64,000 nucleotides of DNA from Geopsychrobacteraceae bacterium (lineage in GTDB: Bacteria; Desulfobacterota; Desulfuromonadia; Desulfuromonadales; Geopsychrobacteraceae): assembly GCA_963676795.2 (NCBI GenBank), contig CAXXTB010000002.1, forward strand, positions 2,400,001 through 2,464,000, read 5' to 3'. Positions within the stretch are counted from its first letter, which is position 1; the number at the start of each line of letters is the position of its first letter. Made by a program: the position numbers and the translations under genes. Below, one piece after another: positions 9,729 through 18,377 of this stretch. Under the pieces are notes generated by a model, which searched no databases, was not told where the DNA came from, and saw only the letters and a program-made list of their open reading frames with translations.

Positions 9729-10664
9729 TCAGTTCTGTCCTTCCGTTGAGGCGGCATCCTCAGTCACAAGCTGACTGGCATCAACCGTGAGCAGCTCTTG
9801 CTCCAGCTGAGCACTGACTTTGAAGAGGGGGGCAAAACCGCTGACCTGAAGGACAGCGTCCCCCCCATTTCCAACTTTTGCAAAACGATAACTGCGTAGC
9901 TGATTATCGGTGGTTTCTACCACAATCGGAGATGCAGCGTCATCGAAGCGGGGATTATCCGTACCATAATAAATCCCGTTGACATGCAGTTCCAGCAATT
10001 TGTCAGCCGAAGAAGCGACCTTTTCAGGGGCGTACTCCTCACCCTGAGTTTGACCGTCGACAACAAAATGATCCCCCTGGCGAACCAGCTTGAGATGAGG
10101 CAGGGTCATCGTCGTCACATTTATTGCTGCCAGTTTCAACAGATCATGATCAAGCCAATCGCCGGGCTTGTCGCCGAGTCGCGTCAGAGTCAGCGGAATA
10201 TCGTAAATCTGTTTTTCCGCGGCCAGTCGAGCGTGGACCTTATGCAGCCCCGGCGGCGTACCGATCAGCAGTCGGGCCAGTTCTTCGGTGCCGTTTTTCA
10301 AGACCAGTTGACGCTCAAAACTGTCGTCCGCCACCTTGAAGCGTTCAAAGCTCGCAGCGGTTCTGGCGACCGGCCAGGGCCTGCTGATACCTGTCAGGGT
10401 GTTGAGCAGGTCAGCGACCTTCTGATTGTCAGCGGGCAGATTGTCAAGATCCGCTAGCCGCCACTGCTTGCCATCAAGATGCAGAGTCAGCCGATCCTTC
10501 TCAGCTCCGACAATCTCGAAATCGCTGATCTGCCCGGCGCTGAAGTTCAGCAGCGGGCCACCGGCGGTCGTTCCTTGCGCATGGTTGCCGAAGGAATAGA
10601 GCAATGTGGCCAGTCCCAGCTGGACAATCAGAACAAGCAACAGCAGTAAAAGTTTGTTTTTCAT
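9729..10664 (-). CDS. DUF4340-like periplasmic protein of a Gld-type ABC system
   Basis: N-terminal membrane anchor, PADNQKVADLL and LLIG motifs, last gene of the GldA/GldG operon. Confidence 0.75.
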   Translation of the reverse strand: MKNKLLLLLLVLIVQLGLATLLYSFGNHAQGTTAGGPLLNFSAGQISDFEIVGAEKDRLTLHLDGKQWRLADLDNLPADNQKVADLLNTLTGISRPWPVARTAASFERFKVADDSFERQLVLKNGTEELARLLIGTPPGLHKVHARLAAEKQIYDIPLTLTRLGDKPGDWLDHDLLKLAAINVTTMTLPHLKLVRQGDHFVVDGQTQGEEYAPEKVASSADKLLELHVNGIYYGTDNPRFDDAASPIVVETTDNQLRSYRFAKVGNGGDAVLQVSGFAPLFKVSAQLEQELLTVDASQLVTEDAASTEGQN

Positions 10665-13561
10665 GGCGCCCTCCTTTCGAGCAGACAGCGATAAACGGCA
10701 CGCTTGCGGCCGAGCAGCACGCGGTAAACGACAAACACAATCCCCAGCCCGATCAGCGCCAGGGCATAGTTGAAAGACTCGACCAGCACCCGACCGTCAT
10801 GTTCAAGCGGAATCAGAGTCCTGGCGTAATGGCCTCGCCCGCGGATCGCCAGCAGCCCCTGGTCCTCCAGCGACCAGTCAAGGCTGTTGCTGATCAGCTG
10901 CAAGCCGCCATAGTCCTCGTTCCCCGACACGGCAGAGGCCAGCTGCAGGGTCTGGTCAGCCACGAAATCAGCGGAGGAGAAGAGGATGAGACGGGCGGCT
11001 TCCGGTGATTTTTCGATCACTGAGAGCAGCTGATCGCTGTTTTTTTGTTCTGCGGCATTCTCCTGTTCCGCGGATTTTTTCGCCCCCTCCAGTAATGGAG
11101 AAGGCTGTCCGGCAAAATAGGAGCTGAACTGCCCCTCGAGCGCAACGCCGAGCAGCTGCTTAGCGCGCTCCCTCGCCGGGTCAAAGCCCTGCTCACCATC
11201 AGCCGTGACCTTCGGCAGCAGGCTTTGCGCGTCAGAGGTCCAGGCCTTTTCAGAACTCTTGAGCAGCCAGGTGATCTTTCTGTCACTATTGGCCTTGTCG
11301 TCGACCTGAATCGGTGCCGCCCAGTCGTAGAGCAGATGGGTCAACCCGGCCGTCACCGGCAGTTGCTGGTTGAGGCCGTCATCACGGACATCGAGGAAAT
11401 AGGGATAGGGAACCATCTGGATCTCTTGCAGGGGAATGCCGCCGACAGTCCGGCTGACCGGAATCGGCAAGGGCTGGCTGCGCGGGTCAAGCACCAGCTG
11501 CTGTTGCATAGCCAGCCCGTTATATTCGAGCCAGTCGAGCAGTTTGCCCTGCTGTTTGTCGGCACTCAAGCTCGAGCGGCTGATATTGACATCAAACGGG
11601 GAGGCGGCCAGTAGCACGGTTCTGCCCTGCATGAGGAACTGATCGATAGCGAACAGCTGTTTGTCATCAAGGTCTTTCGGAGCCACAACCACCAGGATAT
11701 CGGCTGATTCCGGAACGACACCGCTGCTCAGATCGAATTCGGTGACATTGTAGTTCTGCTCCAGATTTTTTTTTAGCACGGTGAAACCTTTACTGCTCCC
11801 CGCCATACCATACTGGGCCAGGAAAGAGTCAGGAGGCGCCGGCAGCGCCAGGGCGACAGTCTTGAGATAGCCGGCCGAAAACCGCTTGAGCGCATCCTTA
11901 ATGCTGCGCTCAAGCGCCGGACGGGTAAAGTCATCGGCCAACGGGATCTGCACGGTCTGGGTCCCGTCATCCAGGGTCAGATAAAAATAGAACCGCTGGC
12001 TGTCGTACAGACCGGCCTGCATCGGCTGAAAGCCGTATTTCTCTGCCAGTTCCTTGACCAGATGTCCATCTCCGCCCTGCGGATCGATAATTTTCAGAGC
12101 GAACTGGCCGGCCGATTTCTTCTCCATATCGCCGGCAACGCTTTGCAGATCGACCCTGAAGTTTTTGAGAAAATCAGGCAGCCTGGAATCGTCCGAAAGA
12201 TAGCCAGTCAGCGTCAGCGGATGCGCCAGGTTGGCGAACAGATCGCCGCCAGCCTGGAAGCCGAACAGAACCCGTTTAATACACCGGGTCAACTGATACT
12301 CGGGATTGTTCAGTTCGACATCGACTCCGCTCTCGCCGCTGTTTTTGACCTCAATCAGATCGCGAAAATCGAGCACCTGATACTGGTCACCATACTGGAT
12401 CAAAACCTGGAAATAGGAATTGACCAGTGCCGCCTGATAGCGGTCAGCGACCTTGAACGGCACCGGCTTGATGCCGTACTTTTCGTTGGCTTCGGCCTCA
12501 AGATCGGGGTGCTGCTGAGGATCGACAAATTCGCTTCTGACGTTGCCATGCCCGGCCAGCTGGTATTCGCTGATCAGGTCACGCAACTGCGGAACCAGCG
12601 GTGCCAACAGCGGGTGGGTCTTGGCGCTAAAGTAACCACGGATCAGCAACGGCTCCTGCAGGCGGGCCAGATACTCGCGGGTGGTCGGCGAAATCGAATA
12701 GATTCGCCCTTGGGTCAAATCGAGGCGTAACGAACCGATCTGCTGCAGCCAGAGATGAGCGGCGATCAGGTTGACAATCAAGACCAGTGCGACCATGCCG
12801 ATCATCCGGCACCGTGGGCCTGAGGCCTGAGACTGACTGTCCCAACGTAAACACCTCAGACTGTAGAGCGTCAGGACGAAAAACACCCCGACCAGGCTCA
12901 GGTAGTAGTAAAGATCGCGCAGGTCGATCACGCCACGGGTAATCGAAGAAAATCGGGCCCCACTGCCGAACAGGCGCAGCAGCTCAGCACTGTCGTTGCC
13001 GAAAAAGCCGGTCAGCAGATCGCTGCCGAGCAGATAGAAGACCCCGCAGATAACGACGGTCCCGATCAGACTGACAATCTGACTGTCACTGCGAACGCTC
13101 AGAAACAGCCCGATAGCGATATAGGCCGCGCCCAGGAACAGGGCGGCCAGGTAACCACCCCAGACCGGCCCCCAGTCGAGCGGACCGATGGCAGCGACAG
13201 AAAACGGCAGCGGCAAGGTCAGCAGCAGCGCCAGCAAGACCATGAAAAGCGCTGCCAGGAATTTGCCCAGCAGGTATTCGCCGGGCCGGACCGGCAGGGT
13301 CAGCAGGTACTCCAGAGTTCCGGTCCGCCGTTCCTCGCTCCACATGCGCATGGTCAGCGCCGCCACCAGGAAGATCAGAAGCACCGGCATCCATTCAAAC
13401 AACGGCCGGACATCAGCGATATTGCGGGCGAAAAACGATTCCGCCCAGAAGACGACAAACAAGCTGACCAGCAGAAATACGCCGAGAAATATGTAGGCGA
13501 CCGGTGAAGCAAAAAAGCTGCCCAGCTCTTTACGACAAACCCGCAGAGTGTTACGCAGCAT
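10661..13561 (-). CDS. Fused GldF-like ABC permease / GldG (ABC auxiliary) protein
   Basis: KELGSFFASPVAY, WSEERRTGTLEYLLTLP, RLDLTQGRIYSIS, LFAIDQFLMQG, C-terminal TM helix. Confidence 0.88.
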   Translation of the reverse strand: MLRNTLRVCRKELGSFFASPVAYIFLGVFLLVSLFVVFWAESFFARNIADVRPLFEWMPVLLIFLVAALTMRMWSEERRTGTLEYLLTLPVRPGEYLLGKFLAALFMVLLALLLTLPLPFSVAAIGPLDWGPVWGGYLAALFLGAAYIAIGLFLSVRSDSQIVSLIGTVVICGVFYLLGSDLLTGFFGNDSAELLRLFGSGARFSSITRGVIDLRDLYYYLSLVGVFFVLTLYSLRCLRWDSQSQASGPRCRMIGMVALVLIVNLIAAHLWLQQIGSLRLDLTQGRIYSISPTTREYLARLQEPLLIRGYFSAKTHPLLAPLVPQLRDLISEYQLAGHGNVRSEFVDPQQHPDLEAEANEKYGIKPVPFKVADRYQAALVNSYFQVLIQYGDQYQVLDFRDLIEVKNSGESGVDVELNNPEYQLTRCIKRVLFGFQAGGDLFANLAHPLTLTGYLSDDSRLPDFLKNFRVDLQSVAGDMEKKSAGQFALKIIDPQGGDGHLVKELAEKYGFQPMQAGLYDSQRFYFYLTLDDGTQTVQIPLADDFTRPALERSIKDALKRFSAGYLKTVALALPAPPDSFLAQYGMAGSSKGFTVLKKNLEQNYNVTEFDLSSGVVPESADILVVVAPKDLDDKQLFAIDQFLMQGRTVLLAASPFDVNISRSSLSADKQQGKLLDWLEYNGLAMQQQLVLDPRSQPLPIPVSRTVGGIPLQEIQMVPYPYFLDVRDDGLNQQLPVTAGLTHLLYDWAAPIQVDDKANSDRKITWLLKSSEKAWTSDAQSLLPKVTADGEQGFDPARERAKQLLGVALEGQFSSYFAGQPSPLLEGAKKSAEQENAAEQKNSDQLLSVIEKSPEAARLILFSSADFVADQTLQLASAVSGNEDYGGLQLISNSLDWSLEDQGLLAIRGRGHYARTLIPLEHDGRVLVESFNYALALIGLGIVFVVYRVLLGRKRAVYRCLLERRAP

Positions 13562-14498
13562 GAGGTACCTCCTGAGCCGATGCAGAAAGCTCCAGGAAGA
13601 CCTTCTCCAGGGTACGCTCTTCCTGTTTCAGTTCATAGAGTTGCCAGCCGCGCGCGACAACAAAGGTCGCAATCTGCGGAGCGAAATGCCACTCATCCTC
13701 CCGGCCTTTGAGCAAATAACTGCTGGCGCGCTCTCCGCAGGCAAGCAGCTCAACCTGCTCAATCTGGGGCAATGTCCGAAGCGCGGCTGAGACCTCAGTG
13801 GCAGCCCCGGAGCAGCGCATCAGCAGACCGCGCCCGCGGGTCAGATCCTCCAGCGAGGCGTCAAGGGCAAGCCGACCGCGGTTGAGAATCAGCACCCGGT
13901 CACAGACCGCTTCGACCTCCTGAAGAATATGGGTCGAGACGATCACCGTGGCCTCGCTCTTAAGATCCCGGATCAACTCGCGCATGTGGCCGATCTGCGA
14001 AGGGTCAAGACCATTGGTTGGCTCGTCGAGAATAACCACTTCAGGTTGATGCAACAGCGCCTGGGCAACTCCGACCCGCTGCCGGAAACCTCGTGAAAGC
14101 GTTGCTATCAGTGCCATGGCCTTTTCTTCCAGTTCAGTCTGGGCGATGGTCCGCAGCAGCGCGGAATCGCGTTTCACACCCTGAAGACCGCGTAATTCGG
14201 CAGAATAATTAAGAAAATCAATCACCGTCATATCCGGATAGACCGGGCAGTTTTCAGGCAGATAACCGATCCGTGATTGAGCCGGCAACAGTTTGTCTCT
14301 GGTTATGTCGTGGCCGCAGATCCGGATATCCCCGGCACTGGGTTCCAAATATCCGGTCAACATTTTCATGATGGTCGACTTGCCGGCACCGTTATGCCCG
14401 AGCAAACCGACAACCTCGCCCTGTCCGATGGAAAAAGACACATCGTTCACGGCCAGAAAATCGCCATAACAGCGACTGACATGGTGTACTCCTATCAT
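13551..14498 (-). CDS. ABC transporter ATP-binding protein (GldA-like)
   Basis: GHNGAGKST, LSRGFRQRV, ILDEPTNGLDP. Alternative starts 14504 and 14510. Confidence 0.93.
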   Translation of the reverse strand: MIGVHHVSRCYGDFLAVNDVSFSIGQGEVVGLLGHNGAGKSTIMKMLTGYLEPSAGDIRICGHDITRDKLLPAQSRIGYLPENCPVYPDMTVIDFLNYSAELRGLQGVKRDSALLRTIAQTELEEKAMALIATLSRGFRQRVGVAQALLHQPEVVILDEPTNGLDPSQIGHMRELIRDLKSEATVIVSTHILQEVEAVCDRVLILNRGRLALDASLEDLTRGRGLLMRCSGAATEVSAALRTLPQIEQVELLACGERASSYLLKGREDEWHFAPQIATFVVARGWQLYELKQEERTLEKVFLELSASAQEVPHAA

Positions 14499-14652
14499 TT
14501 TCATCCTCATATCGGGTTGAGATGCGAAATCGGCAGAACGACTGCGTTTTTAAAGAAGATATGCGGCGTCATTTTATGACGGCCGTCCTCACTTGCGACG
14601 CGGCTTGAGTCAACAGCCCTGCTCTGATTTCGGCAAAGAGACTTATACGAAA

Positions 14653-14997
14653 TTATGAAAATGGCTGGAATTCAGGAGGGGGGCGAATGAAATAAGCAAA
14701 CGCAGGATTCGAAGAAACTGGGAGAAGGCAATCGTGAGCAACGTGAGCGATTGCATAATCGAGAAGAACAGGTTGCGGTGTGAGGGAAGAGGCTGGAAAC
14801 GGTCCGTCAGAGCCATCGCCCCCGGACCAGTAAGGGATATCGCCTGAATCGTCGGCAACCGCCGCGAATTCTGTATCACAGGACTGTACCGGGATATTTT
14901 GCATCCCCCAGAAAGGCTGCATACAGATCAGCAATACGACCGCTGCCGTCCAGACGAGCAGCACAAGAATTCTGTTTATGACAGTTTTAAGATTCAT
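14653..14997 (-). CDS. Small membrane-anchored protein ending in IRPPP, candidate arrest/leader peptide
   Basis: N-terminal TM, acidic linker, C-terminal FIRPPP, co-oriented upstream of the ABC operon. Confidence 0.5.
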   Translation of the reverse strand: MNLKTVINRILVLLVWTAAVVLLICMQPFWGMQNIPVQSCDTEFAAVADDSGDIPYWSGGDGSDGPFPASSLTPQPVLLDYAIAHVAHDCLLPVSSNPAFAYFIRPPPEFQPFS

Positions 14998-15040
14998 CTC
15001 ACAACACCATCATTTGTCAAATTCTTCTATCATTGGCGAA

Positions 15041-15057
15041 CCTGATCATGATCACAA
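15041..15057. promoter_or_regulatory. Possible CRP/FNR-family binding site between divergent genes
   Basis: CCTGATCATGATCACAA, with a TGAT-N4-ATCA palindrome. Confidence 0.35.
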
Positions 15058-15192
15058 TCCGCATACGACCTGTCAAGCACCAATCACACAGCTCTATATT
15101 CAGATCAGGCAAGTTTTTGTGTTGCTCAAGGCAAACAGCGCCAGTAATGTTTCAATATTATTTCATTCATTCCCACACCAATGGAGGCCCCT

Positions 15193-15591
15193 ATGCGTAA
15201 AGTACTGCCCGTTGTGATTTTCCTTTCCCTGATCTTCGTCTCTGTCTGCAGTGCTGACAGCATGGCTGAAATGCAGCAGCAGAGCATGAAGCAGATGCAG
15301 CAGATGGCTGACTGCATGACCAAGATCGACCAGCAGAAGCTTCAGGCTCTGGAGAAGCAAGGGATGGAGTTCATGGAAAAGGTCAGAGAGCTCTGCAGCC
15401 AGGGAGAACGGGATCAGGCCGAGCGACTGGCCATCGACTACCATAAAAAGATGGAGAACGACCCAACGGTCAAAGCGCTGGATAAATGCAGTGAAGGGTT
15501 TAAAGCATTCTCGATGAACGGCCTGCCGGGACAGGAGGACGAAGACAAAGACGCCGGCGAAGGTGGTCATATCTGCGATGAACTGGAATAG
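15193..15591 (+). CDS. Hypothetical exported helical protein
   Basis: GGAGG RBS, signal peptide, Met/Gln-rich with four Cys in the mature part. Confidence 0.8.
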   Translation: MRKVLPVVIFLSLIFVSVCSADSMAEMQQQSMKQMQQMADCMTKIDQQKLQALEKQGMEFMEKVRELCSQGERDQAERLAIDYHKKMENDPTVKALDKCSEGFKAFSMNGLPGQEDEDKDAGEGGHICDELE

Positions 15592-15672
15592 AGACCTCTC
15601 CAGATTCACGAAACGACTTCTGGACTAGCTTTAATCCTTTCATATGTTTGACCTGAATCAGGCCTGTTTTTT

Positions 15673-15713
15673 TGCGGCCTTCGGATATCGGTATCCGAAG
15701 GCCGCACTCTTTT
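15673..15713 (+). terminator. Strong hairpin, probable terminator
   Basis: Perfect 15-bp stem TGCGGCCTTCGGATA-TCGG-TATCCGAAGGCCGCA then CTCTTTT. Confidence 0.7.
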
Positions 15714-15796
15714 CTCCCCTCAATGGCAAACGATCAGTTGACAGATTCATTAATTTTCAATAATCATAGATTCTATAAATAAAAAATGAGGGGGAA

Positions 15797-17713
15797 ATGA
15801 AAATGACGAACGGAACAACCTATAAAGTTGTTTTCAACGGCGAACTTGCTTTTGACACCGATGAGCAAGAAGCGAAGGCCAATCTTGTCGAAAAATGCAG
15901 ATACCAGCCTGCCGTTGCCGAACGTTTTTTTTCCGGCAGCAAGGTGGTCATCAGGAAGAACCTCGATGCGGAAGCAGCCAACCGCTGTAAAAATTACTTT
16001 TCGCAGATCGGCATCCTGGTCGATATCGTCGACGAGAACCCGCCCCCTCCTCCGCAGCCCGAGTACGATCCGCCCCCCGTCAGCCGGACGATCGTAAACC
16101 AGGGGCGCACCTGCCCGAAGTGTCAGGCAGAAAACCAGCCCGGTGAAATCTGTGACGTCTGCGGACTGATTTTTGCCCGTTTTGAAACGGCCCAATCCCG
16201 CCGCTACAGTCAGGAAGAGCCCCAGGGGGGCGGCCAGTTCGGGGATAATGAAAACGACTCGGGAGATTATCTCGAAAGACACCCGGAACAGCTGTTCCTG
16301 CTCAAGGCGCTGGGCGTTATCATCGTCCTGCTCCTGCTGCAGAATGTCCTGAGAGACTTTCTGCCGATCTTTATCCTGATTTTCCCGATCGGTTTCTTTG
16401 CCTATATCCGCCTTCAGGCCGCCGCCAGTGGCGAATCGACCATGCAGCTACTGAGACAGCACATCACCTTTATGCCGGTCATGTATGCCAAGGAAGAGCG
16501 CAAGCAGCAGTATGTCGCCAAGGCGACCTACATCCTGATTCTGATCAATCTCTTGGTCTTCTATCTGTTCCAGTTGACGGCACCGGAGCAGTTTATCGCC
16601 AACAACCTGATCTTCCTCCCCCTGGAACCGAACGCCGTCAATGTACCACTGAGCCTGCTCAGCGCCCTTTTTCTGCATGGCGGTCATGGCCACCTGTGGG
16701 GGAACATGCTCTTTCTCTGGGCGGTCGGCACGGTTGTCGAACGTAGAATCGGCACCATCCGTTTTGTCATTTTCTACCTGCTCAGTGGCATCGCCGGCAA
16801 CCTGCTCTACCTGGCCAGCTGCGCTGCTATCGGCAACCCCGCGCACATCCTTGGTGCGTCCGGTGCCATTTCCGGGGTCATGGGTCTGTTTGCCGTGCGC
16901 TGTTATTTCAAGAGCATGACCTTTCCACTGCCGATTCTCGGCATCTTTTCGCTGATTTTTCCGGTCAGCCTCAAAGTGACCCTCAATTCACTGGTCATCA
17001 TCGGCCTGTTCGTGCTGGCCGATCTGGGCGGCGGGCTGGAGCAGATTCAGGGCACCAGCCACTCGAACATCGGCCACTTTGCCCACCTCGGCGGGGTTAT
17101 CGCCGGGATCCTGCTCGCCTTCCTGTTCAAAATGAATGAAGAGGCGGTACTGGAAAGACACCTGGAACTCGGCAGCGATGCCGTCGGAGCCAAGATCGGC
17201 AGTGGCAGCACCCAGAAAGGGGAAGAATCTCTGCGCCAGCTACTGAAGAAGGATCCCCAGAACAGCGCTGCGCAGTTGCTGCTCGCCAGGCTGCTCTCCA
17301 AATTCGGCGCCAGCGATGAAGGCCGGAAGCTCTACCAGCAGGTGCTGCCCACTCTGGTTCAGGAGAATCCCGAAGAAGCGATGATCGCCTACCACGAATA
17401 CACCAGGCTGTACCACGAGCAGCTCGCCCCGGACACCCTGTACCGACTGGCGACCATCTATCACCGCCACCAGGATCCGGACATGGCGACCCACTGCCTT
17501 GAACGGGTCTGCCAGAATGACCAGACCCAGCCGCTGATTCTGGAAAAATCTCTGTTCCAGTGTGGCAGGATCCTGGAGAGCCAACAGCTCTATGACGCGG
17601 CCGCAGATTATTACCAACGCTGTATCGACAGATTCCCGACCTCCTCACTGGGACAGAAAGCTCAAGTACGGCTCAACCAGATGAGCACAGAGGCTTCTCC
17701 GGCGGTCGTTTAA
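15797..17713 (+). CDS. Rhomboid intramembrane serine protease with N-terminal Zn ribbon and C-terminal TPR-like region
   Basis: HLWGNM, GASGAISG (catalytic Ser), AHLGG (catalytic His), CPKC...CDVC, helical repeats. Confidence 0.9.
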   Translation: MKMTNGTTYKVVFNGELAFDTDEQEAKANLVEKCRYQPAVAERFFSGSKVVIRKNLDAEAANRCKNYFSQIGILVDIVDENPPPPPQPEYDPPPVSRTIVNQGRTCPKCQAENQPGEICDVCGLIFARFETAQSRRYSQEEPQGGGQFGDNENDSGDYLERHPEQLFLLKALGVIIVLLLLQNVLRDFLPIFILIFPIGFFAYIRLQAAASGESTMQLLRQHITFMPVMYAKEERKQQYVAKATYILILINLLVFYLFQLTAPEQFIANNLIFLPLEPNAVNVPLSLLSALFLHGGHGHLWGNMLFLWAVGTVVERRIGTIRFVIFYLLSGIAGNLLYLASCAAIGNPAHILGASGAISGVMGLFAVRCYFKSMTFPLPILGIFSLIFPVSLKVTLNSLVIIGLFVLADLGGGLEQIQGTSHSNIGHFAHLGGVIAGILLAFLFKMNEEAVLERHLELGSDAVGAKIGSGSTQKGEESLRQLLKKDPQNSAAQLLLARLLSKFGASDEGRKLYQQVLPTLVQENPEEAMIAYHEYTRLYHEQLAPDTLYRLATIYHRHQDPDMATHCLERVCQNDQTQPLILEKSLFQCGRILESQQLYDAAADYYQRCIDRFPTSSLGQKAQVRLNQMSTEASPAVV

Positions 17714-17864
17714 CCATCCCCGTTCGGCTCAGTTGAAACGGTGGATTCGAGCGCAAATTCGGCTGACCAGTTTTATTGTTTACTGCCCTGAGAATGTCGT
17801 CTAGAATTCCAAATTCTCAGAAGCTGAAAAACACAGCCTCTGCCTCAATCATTAATCCATAATC

Positions 17865-18239
17865 CGGTTCTGCCCGTTGATGAGCGCAGCTCATCTTGAG
17901 GCGCATTCCGTTTTGCTGGCATGAACCAACAGGACATGGCACGAGCGACTTAGGTCGTTATTAAAGAGTTTCCTTTGCTTCCTTTCCTTTACGATTAAAG
18001 AAAAGGAAGTCGTCTGGCGGGACGAGACCCGCCGGTTCTGGTTCTGATGTTTTAAATTTAAAGTCAAAACCACGGGGTCACGCCCCCGTACGGCGCCCTC
18101 CTTTTGGCCTGGGCTCCAAATGGAGGCAAAAACGCCCTTTTAGAACTGACGAAGATTGGTAAAACTTTCTTCGTAGTTTCCGGACAACATTTGACAACGC
18201 GCCCGACGATGAGCTGCGCTCATCTGATGGGCAGAATCG
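17865..18239. repeat. Mirror-symmetric multi-hairpin element with terminal inverted repeats
   Basis: 17865-17895 is the near reverse complement of 18208-18239. Two divergent double-hairpin units flank the palindrome TTTAAATTTAAA. Confidence 0.7.
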
Positions 18240-18377
18240 AAAAAACTCAGCAAAGCTGAGTTTCGATATAAACCAATTGGAACAAGCCCCACACTGTCAT
18301 CCGGGGGGTGTCTACAGTTCTGAGAATTCGTATTCTTATTTTTATTGAAATCAATTTTTCCAAAGGGCTTTAAACCA

